Positions 24,243 through 35,900 of a stretch of 64,000 nt of DNA are shown here, piece after piece (positions within the stretch are counted from its first letter, which is position 1; each line of letters starts with the position of its first letter). The translations under genes were made by a program, and so were the position numbers. The notes under the pieces are model-generated. The model saw only the letters and a list, made by a program, of their open reading frames with translations, did not search any database and was not told where the DNA came from. Source of the DNA: an uncultured Planctomycetaceae bacterium (GTDB taxonomy: Bacteria; Planctomycetota; Planctomycetia; Planctomycetales; Planctomycetaceae); the NCBI GenBank assembly GCA_963815195.1, contig CAWFGE010000010.1:32001-96000 (forward strand), in the 5' to 3' direction.

Positions 24243-26995
24243 ATGTCGGAAGCTCACATGTTATGCCCGGCTTGTGAGACGCGGATTCGGTTTCCCTCCG
24301 GACTGCCCGACCGGGATTGGATTGAATGCCCGCGTTGCGGCGAAGAAATCCCGCTCAGCCGTCCTTCGCGTTCCGTCAGGCCGGCTCCGGGACGTGCCGC
24401 GCGGAGAGACCGCGACGTGGATGACTTCGAATCCCCGCCGCGCACCCGAAGAGAAAGCCCCGCTCGCCGGCGGCCGGAGGCCGCGCGGTCCGAACGGCCG
24501 CGCGAACGGCGCTCGAAGTCCGAAGGCGGCTCGGCCGGGCTGTGGATCGGTTTGATTGGCGGGGCCGTCGGCGTGTTGGGATTGATCCTGGGCGTGATCT
24601 TCTTTGTCAGCTCCGGCAAAGACGAAGCCGCCCCCGCGGGCAGGCCCGATCAAATCGCCGGCGCCGCCGAAAAAAACCCGGCCATCGACAACGGCAATCC
24701 TGCCAATCCCGTGCAGCCGTTCGCTGCCAATTTTGCTCCCAACGGACCGAATGCTGCTCCCGTCGCCGGCGGCGATCCGACTCCGACAATGGGGCCGGGG
24801 CCTGATGGAATTATCCCCGCCCCGCCCGCCGCGGGCCATCAGAATCCCGTCGCGGGCGCCGCGAACACCTTGAAATACGGCTGGAAACCCGGGCAGCAAT
24901 TCGCCTACCGCACGACCGTCAAGGCGGAAGTCGGAGACGAGTTCAGCGAGGTTCACGGCTTGAGCCGCTATAAAGTCGTCGCCCGCGACGCCGCGCTTGC
25001 ACGGCTGGCCGAGGAAGATGACGAGGGAGAAAAGCAGGGCTCGGGCACCGGGTTCGTGGTGCATCACGACGGCTACATCATCACCTGCGCCCACGTTGTC
25101 GATGATGCCGACAAAATCGAAGTCGAACTCGGCAACCGGAAATACGCGGCCCGCGTCATCGACATTAACAGCCAGCGGGACGTGGCGCTCATCCGCATCG
25201 CCGCCCGCAATCTGCCCGTGCTGCCGTTGAGCGATTCGTCGCGAATTGAACTTGCGCAGCCGGTGCGGGTCGTGGGCTTTCCGCTGTCCGACGTTCTGGG
25301 CACGAGCATCAAGATCACCCAAGGCAGCGTGGCGGGCTTCATCGACCGCAAAACCGGGCGGATGATCCAAGTCGATGCCAGCATCAACCCCGGCAACAGC
25401 GGCGGTCCCTTGGTGAACGATCGCGGCGAAGTCATCGGCGTGGCGAGTGCTATCTATGTTGGTTCGGAGATTTCCGACGTCGGTCTCGCGGTCCCGGCCA
25501 ACGAAGTGGCCGCCCTGATGCAAAAACACAACATCGCCCCCCTCGCGCAAGGGGCCGCGGCCCGGCTGGAAGGGCCGGAACTCGCCCGGCGGGTCACGCC
25601 GTCGGTGGCCTTTTTGAAAGTCACCGTGGGTTCCGAGAAGAAAAACAGCCAGGTCCTGGAATACTCCAGTTCGCACACGACGAGCAAACGGCGAAAAGAC
25701 GGCCGGCCCATCATCGGCGCATCGGCCAATGGGTCGGCATCGGACCGCGGCCGGATGATGGTGGACGACTTCGGCAGCATTCTGTTCGCCGAGAGCTCCC
25801 AGGACAATCTGCCCTACGGACTGGGGCCGCTATCGCACCTCGCGATCGAGCCTTTGTCTCCCCAGGGGGAATCGTCCTGGGCCACGCAGCGGTTGACGAC
25901 CATCACCCACGTCCAGCGCGATCAATCCCGGTACGATCCGTTCTCCCGCTTCGGTCCCAGTTCGTCGTTTCGGTCGCGTGCCCGCTCCCGGTTCGCAGGA
26001 CCCGCGGAGCATTCCGCGTCCGCCCAGCCCGTTCGATCGGGGCGGCAGCGAGGTGAAAAAAGTCTATCTCGCGATGGAAATCGCCGCCTACGAACTGGCG
26101 GAAACCAATCCCCAAACCCAGGTCATCAACAAACACTACGATTTCCGCACCGTCGACGATCCCGACCGGCCGCATTTGCGTCTGTTTGGCGATGGGAGCA
26201 TTCGCTTCGACCGCGGCAGCCTGCTCTGCGACCAGATCAGCTTTCGCTTGAGCCTCCAACTCCGCGCCGACGATGGGTCTTCGGTGCAAGTGCCCGTCGA
26301 GGTTCTCTGCGAACGGCTCACCGATCAGGAACTCGAGGATTTCAACCGCCGCACCGCCGACCTCGTCAAAAAGTCCCAGCAGCAAGCCGAAGCCCGGGCG
26401 GCAATGACGATCGACGACCATATCGCCGCGATCACGGATCCCAAGACACCCACTTCGGACAAGTCCTATTCTCTATCGCGGCTCAAAACCATGGCCCCCG
26501 ACGGCCAAGAAGCGCACTGCGGTCTTGGCCGCCGTCAAACCGAACCTCGACAGCAAGGACGTTTCGGTCCGAAACGGCTCGATCGACGTCTTCGGACACT
26601 GGGCGACTGAGGCGGAGGCACAAACCTTGATCGACCTGTTGACCCACGCGGACGCCAGCGTTCGATTTTCCGTCATTCGCGCCTTGGGAAACCTTGGCGG
26701 AGCCAAGGCGGTCGAAGCCCTCGCCGGGCGGTTGACCGTTTCGCCCGACGGCGGCATGGCGTCGTCGGCCCTGCAAAAGATGGGAGACATCGTCGAGGAA
26801 CCGGCCTTGAAATTGATCGACCACCCCGACGAGCGGGTGCGGTATCAAGTCTACCGGATTCTCGGTAAAGTCGGGGGAGCGAAAAGTTTTGCGGCCCTCA
26901 AAAAGAAAGCCCAGACCGAGCCGAACATCGCATACCGCTCGATCGCCAATTCCGCCATGCAGGACATCCAACGCCGCGTGAAGACCCTGAATTGA
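24243..26995 (+). CDS. Membrane-anchored trypsin-like serine protease with N-terminal CxxC zinc ribbon and C-terminal HEAT repeats; two frameshifts (~25975, ~26515)
   Basis: CPAC..CPRC, TM helix, GSGTGF, TCAHV, DVAL, INPGNSGGPL; consecutive ORFs 25978.. and 26525..26995 continue the coding pattern. Confidence 0.75.
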
Positions 26996-27100
26996 CCCAT
27001 CGCAAGCCCCGGCAGAACGTAGCGCAGGCCGCCGCCCAGTTCGAAAAGAAGGCAGGCGGGAGCCGAATGCTGGTGGGCGTCGCGTCGAAAGGACTGCTCT

Positions 27101-28666
27101 ATGACAAACTTGCTGATGTCGCGTTCGGAAGCGGATGGCGTTACGTTCGATTTGGCGGACGTTGAGCCGGCCGCGGAAGCCTTGCCCACCGTAAAGACAC
27201 ATAAGGCGGCGCAGTCCCTCATCGGCGGGGTGATCGAAGCGTGCTCGGACTACACGGCCGATTGTTGCGAAGACATCACAACCAATCCGCTGGTGACGGC
27301 CGTTCAACTCGCCTACAACCAGCACCGGCCTTTAATTCTGTCTCCGGACATGATCTGGCTCACGATCCTCCAGGGCGTCAGCGCTCACGTGGAGCAACAT
27401 GCGGACGAACTCTCGATCAAGTTGCTCAGAAACCCTGACGAGCGCAGGGCGGTCCTCGTCTCCACGAGCGATTTACCGCCCGGTTCTCCCGAGAACCCCT
27501 GGGGCGACTTGATCAACGAGAGTGCTACGGACGTCGAGAGCATTCTCACGCCGCGTGCCGCCAGCTTATACTCGCTGCAGTTTTCGACATCGACACAGGC
27601 CGATCGGATCGCGAAGAATCTGGCCATGCTTTCGGGGATGCGAAAGTTCATGTCGTTTCTCGATGGTTGGGCCATCTGTGGGATCCCCTCCCTCACGCTT
27701 GAGGGTCGTCCCGACGACTGGGAGCAACTTCGACGCTCGCTCGATTTGCTTGATGACCTCGGGCTGGACTGGTGGCTGAAGCGGTTGCGCCCCCGGTGCG
27801 CTGAGTTCGTCCGTGCCGCAGAAGGGAAACCGAATCTCGACCACTGGAGTCGGATCTATACAGCGACCGAAGCAATGTGCGGTAACGAGTGGGTGAGCGG
27901 CTGGATCGCCGACTTCTTTCCGTACATGAAACGCTGTGCCATCGGGTTGCCTAGAAATCCATCCTACGAAAAGGGCAGTGGTCTGGATCCGATCTTGACG
28001 GACTTGCCAAGCGGTTTGGCGGAGGTTCCCTTCCGATGTCGGCGCGGGACGATCATGCGGTTGCTGGGCGGCTTTTTGGGAATCGAGCAAAAAGCGGATT
28101 CGCTTGCGCTTCGCCCTCGAATTGGATGGGCGGTGCGTCGTCAGACGTCCTTCGAGGCTTTGTTGGATCGCGTGGCCGAGTCCGATCGCTGCCAATTTGC
28201 GTCCGGCGCCTTTGAGGGAAGTCCGCTGCTGAGCACCCCAAAACTGAAACAATTCTTTGCGCGTTTCGACGGCTTAGAGGTGCGATCAACAGAAGGTCGC
28301 CTGCTGTGCGAATTTGAATCGATCGAAGAAGTCCACGAAGTCTGCCGCCAACAACCGGGGTCCGATTTGCGCCCGCTCATTTTCAACTGTTTCGCCAGGC
28401 TTCCGGATGGCCGCTCCCTTGGATGCAGGTCCATTTACTCTGAAGCGGACGAACGGTTTGCATTTTTCCTGGCGGATCAGCGCGTCCTCGAACCGCAGGG
28501 ACAGTGCCAATTGATCTCGAATGATTTCGAGCAGGTGTTGACGTGGATCATGGAATGCGAGGACGGCACGCTCGACAAGGCGCCTTCATTCCACCCGATC
28601 GCAACGGTCGATCCGCGCGACGAGGCGATCTACGATTTGCTTGCGCCACTGGGCCGTCCAGATTGA
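27101..28666 (+). CDS. DUF4419 domain protein with additional C-terminal domain
   Basis: AYNQHRPLILSPDMIWLTILQG, FSTST, CGIPSLTLEGRPDDW, SGWI, PSG. Confidence 0.8.
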   Translation: MTNLLMSRSEADGVTFDLADVEPAAEALPTVKTHKAAQSLIGGVIEACSDYTADCCEDITTNPLVTAVQLAYNQHRPLILSPDMIWLTILQGVSAHVEQHADELSIKLLRNPDERRAVLVSTSDLPPGSPENPWGDLINESATDVESILTPRAASLYSLQFSTSTQADRIAKNLAMLSGMRKFMSFLDGWAICGIPSLTLEGRPDDWEQLRRSLDLLDDLGLDWWLKRLRPRCAEFVRAAEGKPNLDHWSRIYTATEAMCGNEWVSGWIADFFPYMKRCAIGLPRNPSYEKGSGLDPILTDLPSGLAEVPFRCRRGTIMRLLGGFLGIEQKADSLALRPRIGWAVRRQTSFEALLDRVAESDRCQFASGAFEGSPLLSTPKLKQFFARFDGLEVRSTEGRLLCEFESIEEVHEVCRQQPGSDLRPLIFNCFARLPDGRSLGCRSIYSEADERFAFFLADQRVLEPQGQCQLISNDFEQVLTWIMECEDGTLDKAPSFHPIATVDPRDEAIYDLLAPLGRPD

Positions 28667-28970
28667 ATCCACACCGGCCCGTCTTTCACGACCAGAGATA
28701 ATGAAACCTACGATAATTACGAGGAGTCAAACGAATTCCTTTTTTTGGTTCCCCAGGCGCGAGGAAGATGATTCTCAAAAAACAATACCAAGACGACAGC
28801 GACGCGACGATTGTTTCCATCAGTAGCTGTAGGGCCGGATGTGGCGGGCTTTGAAAATCAAACGACAATCTTGGTCGCCACAGGCCTTTGCGAATCACAC
28901 GACAATTCAGGCCGGCACAGCCGGCCCTACTCGGCTCTTAGCATGCCGAAGATGCTGGAAGATCAACGTA

Positions 28971-30108
28971 ATGCCGAAGAAACTGCCGAAAGAGAAATCC
29001 GGGGTGGTGAAGTATCACACCGGAAAATTCCCGCCGAAGGAGATTGACTGGTCGCGGCTGGTGCCGTTGATCGGCCCGGCAAACGCCGCGTTGGCGCGGT
29101 ACGACGGTTTGCTGTCGGCCATTCCCAATGCCAACATTTTGCTCTCGCCGTTGACGACGCAGGAAGCCGTTCTCTCGTCGCGGATCGAAGGGACACAGGC
29201 GACGATGGGCGAAGTGTTGGAATACCAAGCGGGGAAGGAAGCGGTTGATCCCGCGAAAGAGGCGGACATTCAAGAGGTCTTGAACTACCGCAAAGGGATG
29301 CGCAAGCCGTCGAAGCGCTCGACAAATTGCCGTTGTGCGGGCGGGTCATTATGCAGGCGCATGCCATATTGCTATCGGGCGTGCGCGGCCACGACAAAGC
29401 GCGGGGCAAATATCGAACGATTCAGAATTACATCGGCAAGCCGGGGCGTCCGATTGAGGAAGCGCGGTTCGTCCCGATTGCCCCGGAGAAGATTCCCGAT
29501 GCGATGAGCCGTTGGGAAAAGTACCTGCACTCGACCCAGCCGGACGCATTGGTTCAATTGGCTATCGTCCATGCCGAGTTCGAGTCCCTGCATCCGTTTC
29601 TCGACGGCAACGGTCGCGTGGGGCGGATGCTGGTTCCGCTGTTCCTGTTCGAGCGGAAGCTATTGCATACGCCGAATTTCTACGTCAGCGAGTATCTGGA
29701 ACGAAACCGCCAGGAATACTACGACGGTTTGCTGTCCGTCTCGGAAAGTGACGATTGGACGGGTTGGTGCGAGTTTTTTCTGGCGGCGATGACGGAACAG
29801 GCTGTGAAGAACGAGCAGAAAGCCCGGCAGATTCTCGATTTGTACTCGGCGAGGAAAGAACAGGTCGTGCAAGCGACGCGCTCGCAGCATTCGATTGCCG
29901 CTCTGGATTTTCTGTTCGACCAGCCGATTTTCAACTCCTCAGACTTTATCAAGTCGTCCGGGATTTCCGCTCCGTCGGCGCGGCGGATTCTGCGCAGCTT
30001 TCCGATTGCGGGATGTTACGAACGATGCGAGAAGCGAAGGGGGCGCGGTCAGCGGTGTTCGGTTTTCCCGAATTGCTCAACATTGCGGAGGGACGCAAGG
30101 TTTTTTGA
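28971..30108 (+). CDS. Fic family protein (Fic/DOC N-terminal, Fic, C-terminal HTH); frameshifts ~29305 and ~30000
   Basis: EAVLSSRIEGT and HPFLDGNGRVGR motifs in consecutive frames. Confidence 0.88.
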
Positions 30109-30109
30109 C

Positions 30110-30350
30110 GATCACGGGTGATCGACGAAGCAATTTGCCGATCACAAGAACTAAATTATGATCGACAAATTGCTTTGTGGATCACCGGTGATCGGCAAAC
30201 GGTTTTGCCGATCACGAAACGAGAGTTGGGTCCGACAAACGGCGTTGTCGGCCACGATGCAAGAGATTTGGCCGCCAAATGAAATTGGCGGACACAGATG
30301 GCCGACAAATAAAATTGCGGGCCATGAAATGGCGGATCTGGCCGACAACA
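30110..30350. repeat. Degenerate GATCAC/GTGATC and GCCGACAA repeat tract
   Basis: ~40-bp unit repeated at 30110 and 30180; inverted pair 30128-30144 / 30159-30175; several ccgacaa/ttgtcgg units follow. Confidence 0.7.
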
Positions 30351-30455
30351 CTGGATTGGCAGATTGGTGATTGGTAGTGAGTAAGGCGGGCTGTGCCGGC
30401 CTTTTCAGAACATACGACAATTCTGGCCGGCATCGGCACTACGAGGAATCTAAAA

Positions 30456-31877
30456 ATGTCTCCCTTGCCACGACAACACATTACTTATCCCGCCACCCGG
30501 CGCGAGTTTCTGGAAACCAGCGGGCTGGGTTTCGGGGCTTTGGCTTTGTCTTGGATGATGCAGGAGGACGCCGGGGCGGCGAAGGCGCGGCCGCTGGCGC
30601 ATTTTTTGCCGCGGGCGAAGAGTGTGATCTGGTGCTTTATGGAAGGGGGGCCGAGCCATTTGGATTTGGTGGACCCCAAGCCGCTACTCGATAAATTGGC
30701 GGGGCAGCCGTTGCCGGCGAGCTTCAAGGAGCCCATCACGGCGATGGGCGAAAAGGGGGCGCCGCTGCTGAAGGCGCCGCGGACGTGGACCCGGCACGGC
30801 GAATCGGGGCTGTGGGCTTCGGAGTGGATTCCGCACATCGCGAGCTGCATGGACGACATCGCCGTCATCCGCTCCTGCCATACCAACGGCATCAACCACG
30901 CGGGCGGCGTCTGCCAGATGAATACCTGCATCAACGTCGCCGGGCGGCCGTCGTTGGGGGCGTGGGTCAACTTCGGCTTAGGCTCGGCCAATCAAAACTT
31001 GCCTTCGTTCGTCGTGATGTGCGACAGCTCCGGCCGGCCCGTCAACGGCCCCCGCAACTGGGGCAGCGGCTTCATGCCCGCGAGCTATCAGGGCGTCCGC
31101 ATCGAAGGTGCCAGCGACGAACCGATTGCGAACCTCAACCCGCCCAAGGGTTATTCGGACAGGCAGCAGCGGGAGAAGCTTTCGCTCCTGCAAAAGTTCA
31201 ACCGCGAGCACGCCCAGACCCGCCGGCAGCAAACCGAACTCGACGCCCGCATCGAGAGCTACGAACTCGCCTTCCGCATGCAGGCCCAGGCCCCGGAAGC
31301 CGTCGATCTGTCCCAGGAAACCGACGCTACGCAAAAACTTTACGGCCTCGACCAGAAAGAGACGAAAGTCTTCGGCCGAAATTGTCTCCTGGCCCGCCGG
31401 TTGGTCGAGCGGGGCGTGCGGTTCATCCAGCTTTACAGCGGCACCGGCAGCAAATGGGACGCCCACACCGGCATCGAAAAAAATCATTCGGGCCTTTGTA
31501 AATCGATGGACCAGCCGGTGGCGGGGTTGCTCAAAGACCTCAAGCAGCGCGGGCTCTTGGAGGAGACCCTCGTGATTTGGGGCGGCGAGTTCGGGCGGAC
31601 TCCGATGAGCGAAAAAGGCGACGGCCGCGACCATAACCCCACCGGCTTTTCGATCTGGATGGCCGGCGGCGGCGTCAAAGGCGGCCAGACGATCGGGGCC
31701 ACCGATGAATTGGGCCTTTATGCGGTCGAGGACAAAATGCACGTCCGCGACATCCACGCCTCGATCCTGGGCCTGTTGGGTCTCGACAACATGAAGCTGA
31801 CCTACAACCACAAAGGCCGCCCCGAACGCCCCACGATCAACGAAGGCAGTTTTAACCGGAAGTTGATTGGGACATAG
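30456..31877 (+). CDS. DUF1501 domain-containing protein
   Basis: [56 protein letters not shown] before ATG 30456. Confidence 0.92.
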   Translation: MSPLPRQHITYPATRREFLETSGLGFGALALSWMMQEDAGAAKARPLAHFLPRAKSVIWCFMEGGPSHLDLVDPKPLLDKLAGQPLPASFKEPITAMGEKGAPLLKAPRTWTRHGESGLWASEWIPHIASCMDDIAVIRSCHTNGINHAGGVCQMNTCINVAGRPSLGAWVNFGLGSANQNLPSFVVMCDSSGRPVNGPRNWGSGFMPASYQGVRIEGASDEPIANLNPPKGYSDRQQREKLSLLQKFNREHAQTRRQQTELDARIESYELAFRMQAQAPEAVDLSQETDATQKLYGLDQKETKVFGRNCLLARRLVERGVRFIQLYSGTGSKWDAHTGIEKNHSGLCKSMDQPVAGLLKDLKQRGLLEETLVIWGGEFGRTPMSEKGDGRDHNPTGFSIWMAGGGVKGGQTIGATDELGLYAVEDKMHVRDIHASILGLLGLDNMKLTYNHKGRPERPTINEGSFNRKLIGT

Positions 31878-31932
31878 ATTTGTGAGCTGAAGACGATCTA
31901 ACGATTTCGAGTTAACTTAATGGAATTGCTCC

Positions 31933-32127
31933 ATGGATTTCGTCAATTGCCCGCACTGCAATGCAAAGGTTCGGCCGGAGCGAATAGAGAAACATATAAG
32001 TAAAGTACACTCTCCCAACGCAAAAAAACGGCGAAACAAGAATAGATTTCCGCGTGGAAGCGGAGGCACAACAAGCCCCGCCAAGAGGCAAAGTGGGGCT
32101 TCGATGCCCGAGTGGGATTTTGACTGA
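31933..32127 (+). CDS. Small basic protein with C2H2-like zinc finger
   Basis: CPHC-x11-HISKVH; 64 aa; AT-richer context. Confidence 0.5.
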   Translation: MDFVNCPHCNAKVRPERIEKHISKVHSPNAKKRRNKNRFPRGSGGTTSPAKRQSGASMPEWDFD

Positions 32128-32161
32128 TGCGGGTTCCTATTCCACTACGCGGTGTTTGCTA

Positions 32162-32398
32162 TTAAACGTCATCTCTTGATGAATATCCGTGATAATCGTC
32201 AGGTTCGTCTTCGTCGTCGACTTCATCAAAAGGATCATCGTCTTCTGTAACCTTCCGCCGTTTGCGGCCATATCTTTCAGTAGGCCCACCTGAACTGCCA
32301 CTACCTCGGCAAGCCGTGCAAACACCGGTTAATGATTTCGTTTCCCTGCCACAATGGATGCAAGCCCAACTTCTGTCGCCACCGTATGTTCGAGCCAT
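32162..32398 (-). CDS. Small protein with C4 zinc ribbon and acidic tail
   Basis: CIHC-x10-CTAC, then DDDPFDEVDDEDEPDD; 78 aa. Confidence 0.5.
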   Translation of the reverse strand: MARTYGGDRSWACIHCGRETKSLTGVCTACRGSGSSGGPTERYGRKRRKVTEDDDPFDEVDDEDEPDDYHGYSSRDDV

Positions 32399-32581
32399 TT
32401 TTTAACCCTTCAAACCCAAAGGTCACTAAACCAAACCATCCTATCATTGTCACGACGTAGAAACAACCAAGCTCCCGTTGTTCCGCATTGTGATTTGCTC
32501 AAAACCACCTCTTCCGTGACATTTGAGACGGGAAACGAAAAAATCCAAATTGGTCCCACATAAAATCAAAATAACGGCCAG

Positions 32582-32812
32582 ATGACGACTCTCACGAAAG
32601 AACAACAACAGGCTGCGGAAAACGGCGAGCCAGTTACCGTAAATCTAAACGGCACGGAGTTCGTCATCCTTCGCAAAGACATTTTTGAACGAATCAGAGC
32701 CGGCATTCCCGACGACTTGCCTACCATCGACGAGCAAAAACATCTGCTGCGGACAACCGGTGAAATGGCCGGATGGGATGATCCTGACATGGATGTGTAT
32801 GATGCTTTTTAG
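32582..32812 (+). CDS. Small antitoxin-like protein
   Basis: 76 aa; LTKEQQQA..EFVILRKDIFERIR..GWDDPDMDVYD resembles small genes seen upstream of PemK/MazF toxins in planctomycetes (from memory). Confidence 0.55.
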   Translation: MTTLTKEQQQAAENGEPVTVNLNGTEFVILRKDIFERIRAGIPDDLPTIDEQKHLLRTTGEMAGWDDPDMDVYDAF

Positions 32813-32815
32813 AAG

Positions 32816-32932
32816 CGCAGATTGCGCGGAAAAACGCGGATGAATGAATATCCGCGACAATCTGCGTCATCTGCGGTTTTAACCCCAAGCCGACGCCTTG
32901 GCGTCGGTCCGACCGCAAGCGGTCGGCTTGGG
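32816..32932. repeat. Two adjacent palindromic elements (cgcagatt/cgcggat type; ccaagccgac type)
   Basis: cgcagattgcgcgga..tccgcgacaatctgcg; cccaagccgac..gtcggcttggg with two inner hairpins; related cgcggat repeats at 16061-16090. Confidence 0.7.
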
Positions 32933-32969
32933 TGGAGCCTTGAAAAACTTTCCCAATTATCATGACAAT

Positions 32970-35900
32970 ATGCCGAATGCCGTCGATCAATCTGCTCTCA
33001 ACGAATTGCTGAATTGTCAGGCCCCCTTATTGATCGGAGTCCGGCACCATTCGGCGGCTTTGGCGCGGGCGATGCCTCTGATCTTGGAGACGTATCGGCC
33101 GGAGGTGATTCTCGTCGAATTGCCGATGGAGTTCGCGGACTGGCTGCCCTGGTTGGGTGATGAGGAACTCGTTGCGCCGGTGGCGCTCGCGGGGTGCGGG
33201 GAATCGCAGGAGGACTTGTGTTTTTATCCGTTTGCGGATTTCTCGCCGGAACTGGCGGCGATTCGCTGGGCGTTTCAGAACGGCGTTCCTGTCGAGCCTT
33301 GTGACTTGCCGATCGCGGAATCAAGTTCCCGCCACAGCCGCGAGCACCGCGAATGCGAACCGAACGGGCTGTTGGACCGCATCTTTCAGCGCACCCAGAC
33401 CCGCGATGTGGGCACGCTCTGGGAACGGCTGATCGAAACCCCCGCCGCGAGCGCATCGCCCGAATCGCTTCGGCGGTCGGGGCTCTTGTTCGGTTATGCC
33501 CTCCGCTCGAACGATCAAATTGCGGCCCGGTTCGATCGGCTCCGCGAAGCCCACATGCGAAGCTGCATCGAAGCGAAGCCCGGCCGCTGTGCCGTGGTGA
33601 TCGGAGCCTATCACGCCCCGGCCCTGCTTCCGGAACCTTTGTTGTGGTCGCCCGCGGAAGAGGAGGATGAGATTGAGCAAACGCCGGGCGAGGTGAAGAT
33701 TTCGACCGCGCTCATTCCGTACTCGTTCGATCAGTTGGATGAGCGGTCGGGGTATCCGGCGGGGATTCGCGATCCGCTTTGGCATCAGCGGGTGTTCGAG
33801 GCGGCGGATGCGGAGGACCTCGATCAAACGGTGGCGGATTTGGTGGTTTCGATTTGCCGGGAGCTTGCGAAGGCGCGGGCATCCGATGAACGCCGCCGAC
33901 GGCAAGGAAGTGCTGCGGATGGCGCGGGATCTCGGCGGCCCTGCGGAACTTCGCCGTGCCGGGGCGAGGCGAGTTAATTGAAGCGATCCAATCGTGCCTT
34001 GCGCGGGGGGAGGTGATGGGCATCGGGCGGGCGGTCGCCCAGGCGATGGAACGCGTGCTCGTCGGATCCCGGCAGGGCCAGCTACCGGCGGGCGTGCCGC
34101 GGTCCGGGTTGGGGCCGGATGTGGAGGCGGCTTTTCAGACCTTGAACCTGCCGGGACCGGAGAGTCCGCCCGGCGAAGAAAAACGCCTCCGACTCGATCC
34201 GCTCCGCAGCCGATTGGATCGCGCGCGGTCGTCACTTTGGAACGCCTGATCGCGGCGGGGATTCCCTACGGCAAACCGGCCGAGGCCCAGGACCTCGCTC
34301 ATCGGGACAACCTCACCGAAGTCTGGGACGTGTCCTGGCAGCATGCGACCGCGGCGATGATCGAACTCTCCGCAGCGCGGGGGGCGACCTTGGCTCAAGT
34401 GGCGGCGGGATCACTCTTGGCGGCGGGGCTCAATACGCCGATGGACGATTGGACGGCGGAGCAATTGACGCCGCTGTTACAGGCGGCTCGCTGCGGGTTG
34501 GGTGATCTGGTGCGGTCCGGCTTGGCCTGGCTGATGGGGCCGTTTTTATTGTCGGCGAAGCTGTCGGAACTCACGCGGGCGATGGAGTTCGTGGAGCGTC
34601 TCCGGTCCGGTCACATCCCCGGTTTGCCGGCGGAAGATGACGACGCGTTTCCGCCCTTTGTCGAAAACTTTCACGTACCCGAAACCGTGCAGACGATGCC
34701 GCTGTTGCAGGCGGCGATTGCCCAGTTGGAGGGGCTTTTGGGTTCGGAGGACATGCGGGACGCCGCCGCGGTTTTGGATTTGGTGCTCTGGTATCAGCAG
34801 CAGACGGATCAGGAGCCGGCGGTCGATGCGGGGCGGCTCGTGTGGTCGCTGCGCACTCTGGCGGATCGCGGTTCGCCCTTGATGCAGGGGACGGGCTTGT
34901 CGGCACTTATGCTGCTGGGCGTACTCGATGCGGAGGCGTTCGGCCGGCGGTTCGGGAGTTGGATCGATGGGGCGGTCGATGCCGAGACCCGGATGGATTT
35001 GAAAGCCAGACTTCAAGGGGCGGTGTATTTGTCGCTCCCGCGGTTGGCTGCGGATCTGTCTTGTCTCGACGAACCCGAACGCCGGATTGCGGCGGAAACC
35101 GACGAGGAATTCCTTTCCCGTTTGCCGGCCCTTCGGAGCGGGTTTTTGGTGCTCAGCCCGGCGGCAAGAGATCGATTACTCAAAGAGCTTCTGGAGCGAT
35201 TGCCGGAAGAAGAGGCGTCCATCGTTCCGCAGGGTTTGGACCCGCTGGTCACGGCGGCCCGGTTTGAAGCGGACGAAGCCGGCCGGAAAGCCGTCGCCGA
35301 GTTGATGCCGGAGTTGACCTGGGAAGACAGCTTAAAGCCCGCGGGTCATCTTGATGAGAAACCGCCCACAGTTCGGCCCGGCGGACAGTTGTCGCTGCCC
35401 ACGCGGTGGCGGTTGATTCTCGCCTCCGAACCCGAAAAGCTCCCGCCGATGGCGGCGCGGGCGGCCCGGGCGCTCGATGAGCTTTACGGCCGCGGCCAAG
35501 GCGAAGGAGCGCGAAGCCGGTCCGGAAGCGGTGCCGGTCAGGAAGCATCTTATCCCGGCACGCGGGAGTGGGCCGAGGACTTGGGCGACCTCTTCGGCGA
35601 AGCGGTTTGCGAGGAAGTCTTGGGCGAAGCCGTCGCCGCGGGCCGCGCCGGGCGCTTGCGCCTGTTGGAATCCGAACCGGTCAAGCCCTCGATCGAGCTT
35701 TTGGAGCAAGTCCTGTCGCTCAAAGGTTCGCTGCCCGAATCGCAGATGGAAAAGCTCCGCGGTTTCGTCAAGCGGATTGTCGATCAGTTGGTTCGCGAAC
35801 TCGCCACAAGGCTCCGGCCCGCGCTCACGGGCCTGAGTACGCCGCGCCCCACGTCCCGCCGCACTCCGCGTCTCGATCTCCGCCGCACCGTCCGGGCGAA

